Of a stretch of 33,726 nucleotides of DNA, positions 1-11,506 are shown one piece after another. The notes below the pieces were generated by a model that was not told where the DNA came from, searched no databases, and saw only the letters and a program-made list of their open reading frames with translations. The first letter of the stretch is position 1; each line of letters starts with the position of its first letter. Both the position numbers and the translations under genes were made by a program. Source of the DNA: Catajapyx aquilonaris (taxonomy: Eukaryota); the NCBI GenBank assembly GCA_000934665.2, contig JYFJ02004285.1, positions 1 to 33,726 on the forward strand. The letters are read 5' to 3'.

Positions 1-1776
1 TGCATCCGGGTCCGCCAATTCATGCATTCCTTTTCAAATTTTTATTGGACCAGGTTATGGACCAATGCGAAAAATAAGGTCAGGAGTGAGTTCACAACAT
101 TTGCATGAAGGGGAACTCATGGAAAAGGGTCATAAAAACCTTATCAGACGCAGAATATGACCAGGGGTCCTCCAAGGCAACCAGCAAAATAAACGCAAAA
201 CAGATAGGATGTTTAGATTGAGTCACAGAGGCGACGTTATTAATGGAATTGCGAGAGCGAAGGTGCTCACATGTTCTCAAGATTATGCTTCAAAAGATAG
301 TGTACCGTACATTGGAACTGCTTGTGGACTTTTAAAAGATGTGAAAAGACGCTGTGAAAAGTAGGGTTTAAAAACCTGGGGGGTCCGCAACTTTCCGTCC
401 ACCCTGTACTATTATTCCTTGATTGCAGGGTCTCTAAAGAGCCCATTACGCTACACTTTTTAAAAAAAAGTCCATACACTGTTCCCCAAAAATTGACGAA
501 AAAGTACCAAAAAGCGGAATTTTTTCCATAAAAAGGACCCTGGAAAACCACAGCTTCTATAAAAGATTGACTTTAAACACCATAGTCGCTTCAGACTAGA
601 CCCAGGTAACACCTAATGCCAGCAAAAACTAAATCCGAAACTTGTTAGTGGTTGCCAGACCTGGAAATAGGCCAAAATACGTCAATATTTTGAATTTTTC
701 GGATTTTTGGTCACCCTGACCCACTGCACATTTTGGGAGAGAAATCCCGGGCGTTTCCCAGCTACTTTGGGTCCTCCTAACATGATCTACATAGTGATTT
801 CCGAGTAACACGCCGAAAGTTTTTTTTTGTTGCGCTGTGTTATCCCACTGATTATATTGGGATGTGCTCTTAAGATAATCACAATAAGTGCATTTGCACA
901 GATGATAGTTCATCTGGAGCTAATGAGATTTAGTAATATTTGGACAGCATATTTGTGAATAGTGAGCTGTTAGTATCACTGACAAAATGGCGGCGAATGA
1001 ATATTTATATTCTTGTATTTCGGTTGCTTTCAGATTTCTTTCGCCCAGAGGAAGAGCAGCAGTGATTTCCAGGGGATGATGATGCCCATAACGAGATGTT
1101 GCTGTAGGTCAGTATCATGAAGATCAAGGTCTCAATGCAGTTGCGTGGATTTGAGTGTTGGCTCCTGTGCAATGTTGGCTAGTGAGAGAATGACCTCACC
1201 GCAATAAAATGACTATTCTGAATGTATCTGATTTCTATTGGGAAATGGGGGGAAACCCTTTGTGCTGCGCTCCTAGTCTTTACAGCATTTCCACTTAATC
1301 AGTTCTGCTACGGATGTCTTCAACGTGACCGTTGCAGATCATGTCAATTAAGTTTTTTTTTTGGTGTTCAATTTGGCTGGGAAATATCAATATCAGGGTG
1401 CTAAAATTGGTTTAATTTCTGTGCACAGGAAGCCATAAGTTCAATTTCCATGTAATTGCATTGACCCTTTTCTATGGTATGTTTTCGGATTAAAAAATTA
1501 ATTTTTGTTCTCTTTTCAGTGCCAGTAATTTGCTTCCTGTTGCTGAGATGGTGACATCCTGAAAGCCAGTTCCTGACTGATGATCAGCAATTTTTCTTGC
1601 ATCCCTGTTTGTTTTCTTCTCTTTCCAGTCATTTGCAGCCCAGATGGTGCCAGTCATCAGCAGCATCCTGTCCCAACTCCTTTTACCCCCTACAAATCTT
1701 CCAATTTTCGGCATCATGTGCTGATACTTCTTGGCCCATGATGTTGAAGAGGTCGATTTACCGCCAGCATTTAGGC

Positions 1777-1823
1777 TTCCCCCCTTCGACGTCGTGCCAA
1801 GTGCGTGACGTCGAAGGGGGGAA
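1777..1823. repeat. Perfect 17-bp inverted repeat (hairpin)
   Basis: TTCCCCCCTTCGACGTC (1777-1793) and GACGTCGAAGGGGGGAA (1807-1823). The stem extends by GU/GC pairs on + strand RNA. Confidence 0.9.
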
Positions 1824-1864
1824 ACTTGCAGGCTCAATTCTTGTCGTTTTAGTCGTCAAAAAAA

Positions 1865-1904
1865 GGCCGGGGTCGTCCGGGCGTAATTTCGGGCGGCCCC
1901 GGCC
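1865..1904. repeat. 15-bp GC-rich hairpin with two G-U pairs
   Basis: GGCCGGGGTCGTCCG and CGGGCGGCCCCGGCC. Both DNA mismatches are U-G wobbles on the + strand. Confidence 0.85.
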
Positions 1905-2037
1905 GCCCCTGCATTCGCAAAGTCCGCTGTCGCGGAGCCTATCTTCAAGGTCCTCCCCTTTTTCCTGTAAACTTTTTTCAGAGTCCAGTGAGAGTCTCTC
2001 ATTCGTTCACTCCAGTCCCTCCCGTCCCTCCCACCTC

Positions 2038-2214
2038 CTGTTGGTCAGGGTGAGGCTTCGATGGATGGGGGCACATGGGACGATGTAAATTACGTTGCCC
2101 TCTCCTTCCCCTATCCCCCCAGGGCAAGCCCTGGGAGGATAGGGGAAGGGGAGGCAACGTAGCTTACATTTGCCCATGGGCCCCCATCCATCGAAGCCTC
2201 TCCCTGGCCATCAG
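2038..2214. repeat. Long (~88-bp arm) imperfect inverted repeat / fold-back
   Basis: Arms centred on CAGGGC-AA-GCCCTG (about 2126). Includes the perfect blocks GAGGCTTCGATGGATGGGGGC/GCCCCCATCCATCGAAGCCTC and CCTTCCCCTATCC/GGATAGGGGAAGG. Confidence 0.92.
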
Positions 2215-2281
2215 TAGGCAGAGAGGGAGAGGCAACGACACTCTTTATTTCTTACACTGTACAAAAATAGCAATAAAGATG

Positions 2282-2456
2282 TTCACAATAATATCTGTTC
2301 TTCTGACTGCTGCTCTTTCACAATAATATCTGTTCTTCTGACTGCTGCTCTTTCACAATAATATCTGTTCTTCTGACTGCTGCTCTTTCACAATAATATC
2401 TGTTCTTCTGACTGCTGCTCTTTCACAATAATATCTGTTCTTCTGACTGCTGCTCT
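2282..2456. repeat. Minisatellite, 5 perfect copies of a 35-bp unit
   Basis: TTCACAATAATATCTGTTCTTCTGACTGCTGCTCT x5, with no spacers. Confidence 0.97.
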
Positions 2457-5400
2457 TTTCCAGGATCTTCATAGTAACTGTTCGTTAGGCTGCTTGATCC
2501 TTGCCAGGATGATTGACATAATCTAGAAAGAAAAGGAAACAATTGATAGAAACTATTCGACAGGTGGCAGATAAGTAGGCTTGGTAATTAAAATGGGCAC
2601 TAGCTGATGCAAGTGGGAAATTTTAAAGCACTGCACTTTTCACCAGAATTTGACCTTGAAACACTTAGAATATCAAACCACAGGCCAGCTGAACTAAAAA
2701 AAAATTACTTGCAGATGATTAATCCTTAAGCCAGACTTTGTCCAGCAAGAACAATATGCATGAAGTGCCTTCATAATGCAAATTTATTTCATCAACAACA
2801 TACTTCGAATTAAATATCATGGGGGCCAGCTGTGGTGTATAGGCCTATACAACAATTAAAATATGCCAATGACATCACCTTTGTTATCATAAAAAGAGGA
2901 ATCGTATAAATCTGTCGAGTAAAAAGCGTTGAAAAGTATTGGCCAATTATGCACTTAATTAATCACATGGCTAAATGGCGATTTCAGTCATCAATGCTTG
3001 GGACACTATATTGGTAAACAACTGTTATAACATCAAGTTTTTAAAAGTTTAGAAATTTAATTGCAGCCTGATATGACATGAAAATTACCATTTTGATATC
3101 GAATTAATCTGATCAGTTTCAAACAATAATCTTCGTCCACTTTGCAACAGTTCTCTGCCTTTTTCATGTCTCAAAATGCAATTCAACCCATCGAAAAACC
3201 CATTTTACCATCTGGAAATCTGACGTGAAAGGGTAGGTTATGCGCTCACAAAAATTAATGCCTTCCCATATTTTATTAAACTAACATTAAACCATGGATG
3301 TGAGGCATGCTACAACAAATTTCCTCAGTATCCTCCCATCAAGTATAAGCCTCAGTAAATAATGAGAGAGATCCCATTGTAGTGCTAAAAATTACTGCCA
3401 AACAATTTGGGATAACAGCAGCACAAACGTACAAGTATAAGATGCTCACCATGGGTGTTGAGTTGCAAAAATGTAGTCGAAGAACAACCAAGATGAGTTT
3501 GACCTTTGACGCATCTGATTGGAGACATGGATTGGGATGAAAATCAGCTGTCGTCGAACCAAGTGGGATTTTCACATTGTGCCTCCAAAGACTGGTCCAA
3601 AGCATCCTCCTCCGCGAAGTGTACTGGATGCTGCATCACTCACATCTGCACTCCCCAAGGCCGATTCTCCATGCTGAAATGAGCTGTCCCAAAACTTAAC
3701 GTTCTGTGAAAAAAACGAGAAAAAATTGTGAACAACTGCAAATACTAATTATGACGACCTTGCAGAACAATCAGTCATATTGGAATGATTTCGTCATATG
3801 TAGAATTGAAGACTGAATTATTCAATTTCAAACATTACAGTGGTAGCAGAAACTTGATCAATGGCCTATTACAGCCCAAAATTAGGATCATGTGTTAGTA
3901 CAGACTGGGCAATAATTGTGCAATGCAGCTGATGTCACTTGTAGACACATGACGTCAACAAAGGGGTGGCTAGGCCCATGTCAAATGACTCCCACTCGCT
4001 CCCACAGGTGCTCAGCAGACAAGAACTCAGATAAATGTGACATCGCAGGAATAAAATATGCATTTCGGACAAATACAGTATGTGACCACCTATCGCGCGC
4101 GCACCTACCAAAAATGGCCACAACAAGCATCTGATGTTGTCAATCTTTCTTTAAACTCCTCATAATAATGGTTAGCTGCAGGCTTCAAAATGAATGGCCA
4201 ATTAACATTTCCTTCTAAAAGCTATACTGATCTCACTGACCAAGCACTAGCTTCCAATATCCACTGGCTTCCATATTGATTGCCTAATGTATGGACAAAC
4301 AGCCTCAGCACTTCATTCAACACATGAGGTGTACAATATTGTAATAATGCTTACCATGTCCGTGTCTGGTGTGCCAGGATAGTAGATGGCAAATGAAGGG
4401 TTGAGGCCTCGGATGATGACAGCACCTCGCATCGCTTGATTCCAGAAGTTGATTTGGATGAGGCCAAAGCCATTGTTGGTTTGGCAGAATAAGGTAGGTG
4501 ATGTCCAGAGACCAATCAATCAGTTGCATCATCTGCAAAGTGTAATGAATGAGCATTAGGTCACATGAGAGTAATACTTCAACTCTCGTTGAGGGTGATC
4601 ATTGCCTCTCTGTGGTACTCGTATGCTTTTATTGCCATGGTGTGACTTTTGCACAGTTAAATTTAGTGGTTGTCAAAAAGAATAAGCTACTAATATTAGG
4701 TTGCATGTACCCATCCTTCATAAAGGCTGCAAAAATGAATTCCATAATATTCAAGGTCGATGCCAATTTTTCCATTCAGTCATTTTGCAATGGAAAATTC
4801 AGTGCTTTGAAATTCAGAGCTTGGACATGTGATTCCATTGGGCCTAATATATTAGCAGCTAGTGCTTTTGATAACCATTACGTGTAACTTTGCAAGAGTA
4901 ACTGCATAATAATAAGCAGCTGAGTGCAATAGAGCTGCAACAGCAATTATTGGACAAATATTCCTGTGAAAAATTGAAACGCAGTTTTTGAATATGTCCT
5001 TGAATATGTGTCAGCCAAATATCTTCATTCAAATAGTTACTTTTATTGCCTTCAACACTGCACATTAAGTTGCCACTATTCACATCTGTGAATAATAATA
5101 CAAATATTTCTGCTGTAGTGTGGCTTGAAAAAATATATTAACTGGGAGCATGGAATGCTAAATTACATGCTACAAATTACATACTACATTGCATGGCACA
5201 GTATTACAGAAATGTTATTGTTTGCGAAAGAAATCTTGCAAACTGACATATTCTGAAGCCAAAATGGCACTACCTGTGATTGTTGCTCATGACTTGAGCA
5301 TGGCATGCAATGTTGAAATCTCCCCAATCAGCCTTAGAATACAGTAGTAATGACATCACATTTAACTTGTAACCATGCAAATGCTCTTAACTGATCATGG

Positions 5401-7126
5401 CAGCTAACAACACTGTAATGACATTGCCAACTATTAATCAGGTGAACTTGGAACAGTAAATGTGTCACCTTACTTCAAAAAATTCAAGGATATTCCACGG
5501 TCCTAGTCAACACTTCAAGCAAGTTGGTGTGTGTCCCATCCATTTCGCAGTGAAATTGGGCAGTGAAATATTAATCTGAAAATTTTGGCAACATTCCCAT
5601 GAATTTAAGTGAATGGAAAACACATGAATTTGCCGGCAATGTGGGCCAATAATAACTGGCAGTCAAATAATAATGCAGAATTGAGGGGTGTGGTGGAAAA
5701 AGGTGACAACACACATTTGTGTCATTTTTGACCTGAACACCAAGCAACCATGTAAAATAAGACACGACAAATAGTTTGGTATACTCCTAGTTCACATATC
5801 ATGCATGATACGGAATTTCGAAAATTACGGACATTAAAAAAAATTAAAGTCGGTTGCCCAGCCCGGATTTTTTAAAAGGACTTTTCACTGGATATATATG
5901 CCGCAACTCACCGTTAATTGCAGTTACATCCAAGGTCACTGAGCCTCATCCTTGTCCAGGGTGCTGCCTTATTGCAACCCACGTAGTGACTCTGCAGTGG
6001 CCTACGTATGTCCTTGGTGTCACCGATGGTGCTTAGTTGTATCCCATCAGTACACCACAGACCCATCCTGCATCATAAAATGCATTTAATATAGGGACAT
6101 TATTATTCTGCAATTAAATTCACCTCAATTTGACTGTCCCCAACATTCTAGCTCAACGTACATCTCATGGATAAGTCCACTTAATGAACCTCATGAAAAA
6201 TGTATGTTAATTATTAGTCCTATTATGACATACCGGTACGTCGCCTTTCTGTCCTTGCCACGCCATCAGTTGTACCTTCCCAGTGCTGCTCACTCTCCTA
6301 GGTCGAGGCTGGCAATGGTCGCCATTGGCCGATTTGCACCCACCCACCTACCCCCTCAGGATGTGTGATCCATGCCCAACAGTGCCAACAGAAATGGGGA
6401 CCTTGGATGTGACCTTGGACAAAAAAGCCTTTTCAAGTGTACAGTACCGGTACTGTACTGGCTACGGCTACAGTACGAGAAGAGTTGTGGGAAGATTTCA
6501 CTCTTTGCAGCAATCAATTGGGCCATGTCGCACTTTTTTCAGCATTCACTGTATTTGCCGTTACTGACGCTTACTTTCAATTTACAAATGGTATGGGTGG
6601 TTCAGTCAATTGCAGCTAAACATAATAATTGACTTTAACTATACTTGAATAGGTATCCTGCTCGACACAGCCGTTACGATGCAGAAAATAATTCAGTACC
6701 CTATATACAAGTACCTACTGTTTTGATATGTTGTTGATTTCACGATAAAATATTTGCCATAAAAATATTTTGACTTAACCAAGCAGGTCACCCTTGCAAA
6801 AAAAAAAAAAAAATCTGGTCAGAAATTGTGTGTTACACAATAAGTACACAATTGATTTCCAATCTGAAAGGAAAGTTTGTGATCGCAACTGACAAAAAAA
6901 TGCATATTTTTCTGATCCGAAACCTAGCTGTGAAAAGATTTTATTTTCACATTGAAATTTTGAGCAGGATTTATTAAGTATCACTTTTCATTTTCATACT
7001 GAACCATAACATTAATGGTCACTGTTCACTCTATAAATTGGTCTTTTTTTGCAGATGTAAGCATACAAAAATGATATGAACATAGAGCCAATTAACTTTT
7101 CCAGCAAAATTAACTCTAGTTTGCAA

Positions 7127-8562
7127 CTAAGTTGGTCCCAGTAGCGAGTAGTGACGCCTGTTAGTGCAGTTGCCTAACTGAAACCACCAGTCATGCAAGT
7201 CTTCACAGACGTGGGCATCGGTACGTGTGTGGAGCATGTGGCACATTTGACAGTAACAATCATAAACAGGAGGGGTACCCACATTGTAGTACTTTTTCCA
7301 CCAGAAGTACTGGTTGTACAAGTCATCATTTCTGTCCAGTAGAGTCAGGTAGTCTGCCAGATGCTTTGCAGTGGGGAAGGATCTGGCGTCGATGTATGAA
7401 TGAGGAGGGGCAATCTTGGAGTAGTCAGCACCTCCGTACACGACCAGCACCACCTGTAAATAATTGGTACACTATCTTGCATCCTAATCTAAGCATAGAT
7501 GTGATGGTTCCCTTACGTCGTGTCCTACGTTGTTGAAGAACTTCTCAGTGACATAGTCCTTGCACAAGGCATTTTCAAAGGCCAGGTAGAACTTGTAGTG
7601 CTCGTCCAGCATGTCCCTGCACTTGTTTTCATCTGATCGAGGACATGACATGCTCCCACATCCTCCGTACACGTCAACCTGTATGTGCTTGGACAGCTCT
7701 TTAACCAGTTCTTCTCTCTTTCCAGTGGTGGGACAGTGTGACACGAAGATGGCAGCCATCCTGTTCTTTCCTGCGGCCATGTTTGGACCATCATATGGTG
7801 TTGGAGCTAACCATGGTGGAGCCTCAGGAGTTCTCGGATCATCCAGAAGTGACTTGGGATATATTCTGCTGTAAGGGCTGGGGATGTCCGAGTCGTACCT
7901 GTGGAGAGCACCGCAATTAACATGACCCAAGACCATACGATGCATGCCCTTACCTGTAGCTGAGCGTCCAGTTGAAGAAATTGTTGAACTTTTTCAGAGC
8001 TGATGTGGCAGGTGGAGCCTCTTGAAGGAGGAAGATGTACCTTTGACTTTCTGACCGTCTGGATGGCAAGTCTGCAGGGTTCAAGTCGACTCCATGGAAG
8101 ATGATTGCATCCCAATCCTCCAGAGGAATCAGGTTCCTGAAGGATCCGTGGTGATGACGATATTTTTAAGTCAAACAATTCTGACTCTCACCTGTTGGCC
8201 GAAGTGTAGCAATTGAACTGAGAGCAGTTGTGCCGCATGAATGGTCCCTGACCCTCACCGAATCCGAAGAGTGAGTCAGTAAAGAACTTGGTCCAAAAGA
8301 GAATCCTCTTCTGAACCACCGGTTGATGGTCACCATCAATCCAGATGACATTTTCTCCAACCTGTTGAACCAGATTCTTACGATTTGCTTCTATGTGGAT
8401 GAAATTTGCTTCAACTGTTCCACCAATCTGATCGGCACCATTTTCACCAATCAGGGCATTGTCAATATCTTCATTCTGAACGGCATTTGATATCAGCAGT
8501 AATATCATGAGACATGTGGCGGTCAGAGATACAGACAAAATGAGCAATCGTCTCTTCTTCAT
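7127..8562 (-). CDS. Alpha-1,3-fucosyltransferase (GT10 family, FucT C-like), type II membrane protein, 420 aa, 4 coding exons
   Basis: Exons 8562-8192, 8136-7954, 7898-7517 and 7453-7127 join in frame through GT-AG introns of 55, 55 and 63 nt (1263 nt total). The N-terminus has a basic tail plus TM segment (MKKRRLLILSVSLTATCLMILLLIS). GT10 motifs: DAIIFHG, FFNWTLSYRYDSDI, VDVYGGCG, YKFYLAFENALCKDYVTEKF, PPHSYID, YNQYFWWK. Confidence 0.95.
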
Positions 8563-9326
8563 GATGATGAACTATACACTACCAATACGAATCTAATCCG
8601 AGCTGTGCACTAGTCAATTGCACAGCTGTTTTGTGGCATTCCATCGTAGCGCTTGTCCTGAAACACCTGCTGCTCCCCAAGTGTGAAGCATTTTACTGTA
8701 CAAGGGCAAATTATTCCCGGCACAGAGCAATGGGGACATTAACAAGGATGTTGGATTTCGGATCGGTCCTTCTAGTCATGTGGACCAGTGTACAGTCGTA
8801 TGAATCATGTGTTTTCTGAAGCCTTGTTACTCTAATAATTGGGTTTAATTGAGAAGGGTAAAATAATTACTTTTTGCACTGTGCATGTTTTGTTAGGCTG
8901 AAAAGTGAAGACCTCCACGTGTAATACTCGCAGAAAAAAAGCCAACGGAATGAATGAAGGCAACATTCCTGTATTATTTATTCAAGTGTACACTTTCACT
9001 CACTCTAGGATTTCTTAGCACTTGAGACAGCTTGTGACATTGTCTTGTCCAAACATTGCATTGGCTACATTCTACCCCGATTCTACCAGACAACAGCAAA
9101 TAGTCTCGTCGCCAGGATTCCGACGTTTCATGTGTGGTTTTTTTTTACAATATAAAACTCACGTGGAAACCAATCTGTTGATAGATCGACATGACATCAT
9201 TCTTGTTCAAAGTGTGGTGAATTTAAAACACTTAACACCATCGCAGAGAAACTCGCTAAACCACTCGTAAAAAGGTAATTTATCCAACTCATCTTCGTAG
9301 CAGAATAATGTCTAATGTTGTTTCAG

Positions 9327-9659
9327 ATGGTTCGAAGGGGTGTTCGAATGAAGAAGGGTAAACGAAGGAGGAGTAAGCAGATGGCGAATGTATGTCCTCA
9401 TTGTCAGAAGGTAATTACTGTAGAAGATACTATGAGAGACCATCAGATTCACCCTTTCAAGTGCTCTCAATGCTTAATGGCCTTCGAGTGCCAGGATAAG
9501 TTGAGCTGGCATGAGGCAACCCATCGGTACAAGCCCCCATCTGGAAAGGTCAACCTCACCAAGGAGGACACTTACCAGAGGCCATTCACATGCGGAATAT
9601 GCCTCAAGTCCTTCACCACTTGCGGATTGCTCTTCCTGCATGTCAAACGGCACTCTTAA
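9327..9659 (+). CDS. Small C2H2 zinc-finger protein (110 aa; two canonical fingers plus one atypical finger) with a basic NLS-like N-terminus
   Basis: Fingers CPHC..HQIH, FKCSQC.MAF....L..HEATH and RPFTCGICLKSF....L.LHVKRH; basic stretch KKGKRRRSK. The ATG at 9327 directly follows a probable 52-nt 5'UTR intron (9275-9326, GTAATT..TTTCAG). AATAAA at 9671-9676. Confidence 0.8.
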   Translation: MVRRGVRMKKGKRRRSKQMANVCPHCQKVITVEDTMRDHQIHPFKCSQCLMAFECQDKLSWHEATHRYKPPSGKVNLTKEDTYQRPFTCGICLKSFTTCGLLFLHVKRHS

Positions 9660-9702
9660 TGAGGATTGGCAATAAACAGTTCATTTTCGGTTGTTATAGT
9701 TC

Positions 9703-11506
9703 TTAGCAAGGTAGAGCACATTTGGGCCTGTTGCCTTCGTTGACCCCGTTCGGATAAGGTCGAGGGCACCAGCAGACAGCACAGCCAGAGTTGCCGATGC
9801 AATGCAGACCACCCTGCAGGCACCGCTTGGTGTACTCTGCATAACCAGAACCGGTGATCGGGTTGGGTTGTGTCAACCCTTTGCAGCATCGGTCATCTTG
9901 ACATGTTCCCTCCCTGTGTAATTAGACACTATAATTATTTGCAACACAGTTTTACCAAAATTGCTTACCACTCAGGAGCTGCTGTAGTTGTGGTTGTGGC
10001 AATGGTTGTGGCAATACCTGATTCGGAGAAACTGATGTAATCAATCCAGTCCATTAAGAGATTGACCTTTGTGAAGAAGGACACAGCCGGATCACACTGC
10101 TTGGGGGTCACATCAATGTCCTTGGGGTCAGCTCGCCATGAAAACACACCGTGTAGGTACCACCGATCTTCGTGTTTGAAAGACAAGCCTGATCCCAAGT
10201 CACTTGAGCACACATCTTCTGTGACTGTAACCCAAAAATGGATCAGTTAAGTTACAGGCTGATGGACTAACGTAATAGTGACCTACTGTTGTAAAGGGAA
10301 GAGCAGAGGATATCTTCGCCAAAATTGTTGCGAATATCGATAAGTGGAAAGTCCTCGTAGCATGTGCTGAGATTCACATATGGAAGTTTGGTTGCATGAA
10401 GTTTGTCAAAATGGGTTTCGTTGCTGGTCACACCCCATCCTGGAATCTATCAAATCATAGATTTAATATCAGGCATGCTGACAATATATTTATGCGATCA
10501 TCATAAATGTTGTTGTCTTTGAGTTGTTGTTAGTTGATAGTTCCCAGCTACAACCTAAAGACAACGACGCCTGTGTGAACCCAGCTTACTTACCACTCCA
10601 TCAGCATCTGACTTTATCGAGTCTGTTTCTCCTTTCCATGGCAGACAGACAGGTCTCACATTCCAGGCCGGTTGTACAGGATGATCCAGAACGACAATGG
10701 CAATGTCATTCCTGATAGGCGACGTGGAGTCCGATTTATGGATAAGAACTGATCTGACCTGCAATTAGCAAGTAATTAGCAGCATGTCTCATTATACTGG
10801 CGTATTATGCTTACCCCAACTTCCTGTTGGTCATCATCAATAACAATGTAATTTACATGATATTTTCCAAGTACCACTTTCATATCGGAATACTCTCTAG
10901 AGTTAAACGCTTCGAAACAACGACTTGCTGAAACACACACATATATTAGGCTACATGTCGCAATTAATATTTGAGATAAGCCGGACATTACCTGTAACGA
11001 CAAATCTGTCTTCAATGAGTGAACCTCCGCACGAGTACACCCATTGCTGGGCAATAATTCTGAAGTAAATAGCCGCATGCCAAGGCCATTCAGTTCGACT
11101 TGTTACACCACCTTTTTTACCACACTCTGGCAAGTAAAGTGACAAACATGACGTACACATTACAACAATTATTCCAAACGTACTTACCCAGAGAGCAAGT
11201 GAATGGAGGCCTTTGTGTCCATCCATTTTTAACACACAATCTTCTGCTGTCCTTGGATCCTGTGCATGTGTTGGTGTAATAATCTTCGCACTTGTAAATA
11301 GCCCAGGTGCCATCAGGTACACTCTGGTTACACGACACCGATGTTTTGTTATGTAAACAATCCACAACCACTCCTGGACCGGTTTTTTGCAAAGGTGGAC
11401 ACTCCTCATGCGAAAAACTGTCCCAAATATTAGGCTACTTGTACATGCTATACTGTAATGCATTTTCTTACCTTACAAACAGTGGAAGCAGGTAAAGAAG
11501 CTTCAT
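9703..11506 (-). CDS. Secreted modular-serine-protease-like homolog: signal peptide + sushi/Wonton-type domain + non-catalytic trypsin domain + Thr-rich linker + Cys-rich C-terminal domain, 434 aa, 8 exons
   Basis: Exons 11506-11472, 11417-11188, 11126-10992, 10927-10815, 10758-10594, 10446-10287, 10224-9969 and 9913-9703 are all phase-compatible (1305 nt). Signal peptide MKLLYLLPLFVSFS. Sushi-like CPPL..VDC..VSC..VPDGT.A.Y.C..YY..C..GW..F.C..CG. Trypsin motifs WPWHAAIY, CGGSLI, NDIAIV, VRPVCLP, PGWG, WYLHGVFSW. TAAHC is replaced by TASRC and GDSGG by SDLGS. Confidence 0.9.

Noticed and set aside
645..718. hAT-like mini element (GGTTGCCAGA .. TTTGGTCACCCTG)
   Set aside because: The ends match poorly and no 8-bp TSD was seen.
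1490..2326. ORFs 1490-1837, 1597-2088 and 2075-2326
   Set aside because: They are by-products of GC-rich hairpin sequence with no protein-family signal.
2282..2456. 35-bp repeats as a CRISPR array
   Set aside because: The units are contiguous with no spacers, there are no cas genes, and the context is eukaryotic.
9656..9889. 77-aa minus ORF whose stop overlaps the zinc-finger stop
   Set aside because: Wrong frame. The phase of the 9968-9914 intron selects the Cys-rich frame ending at 9703.
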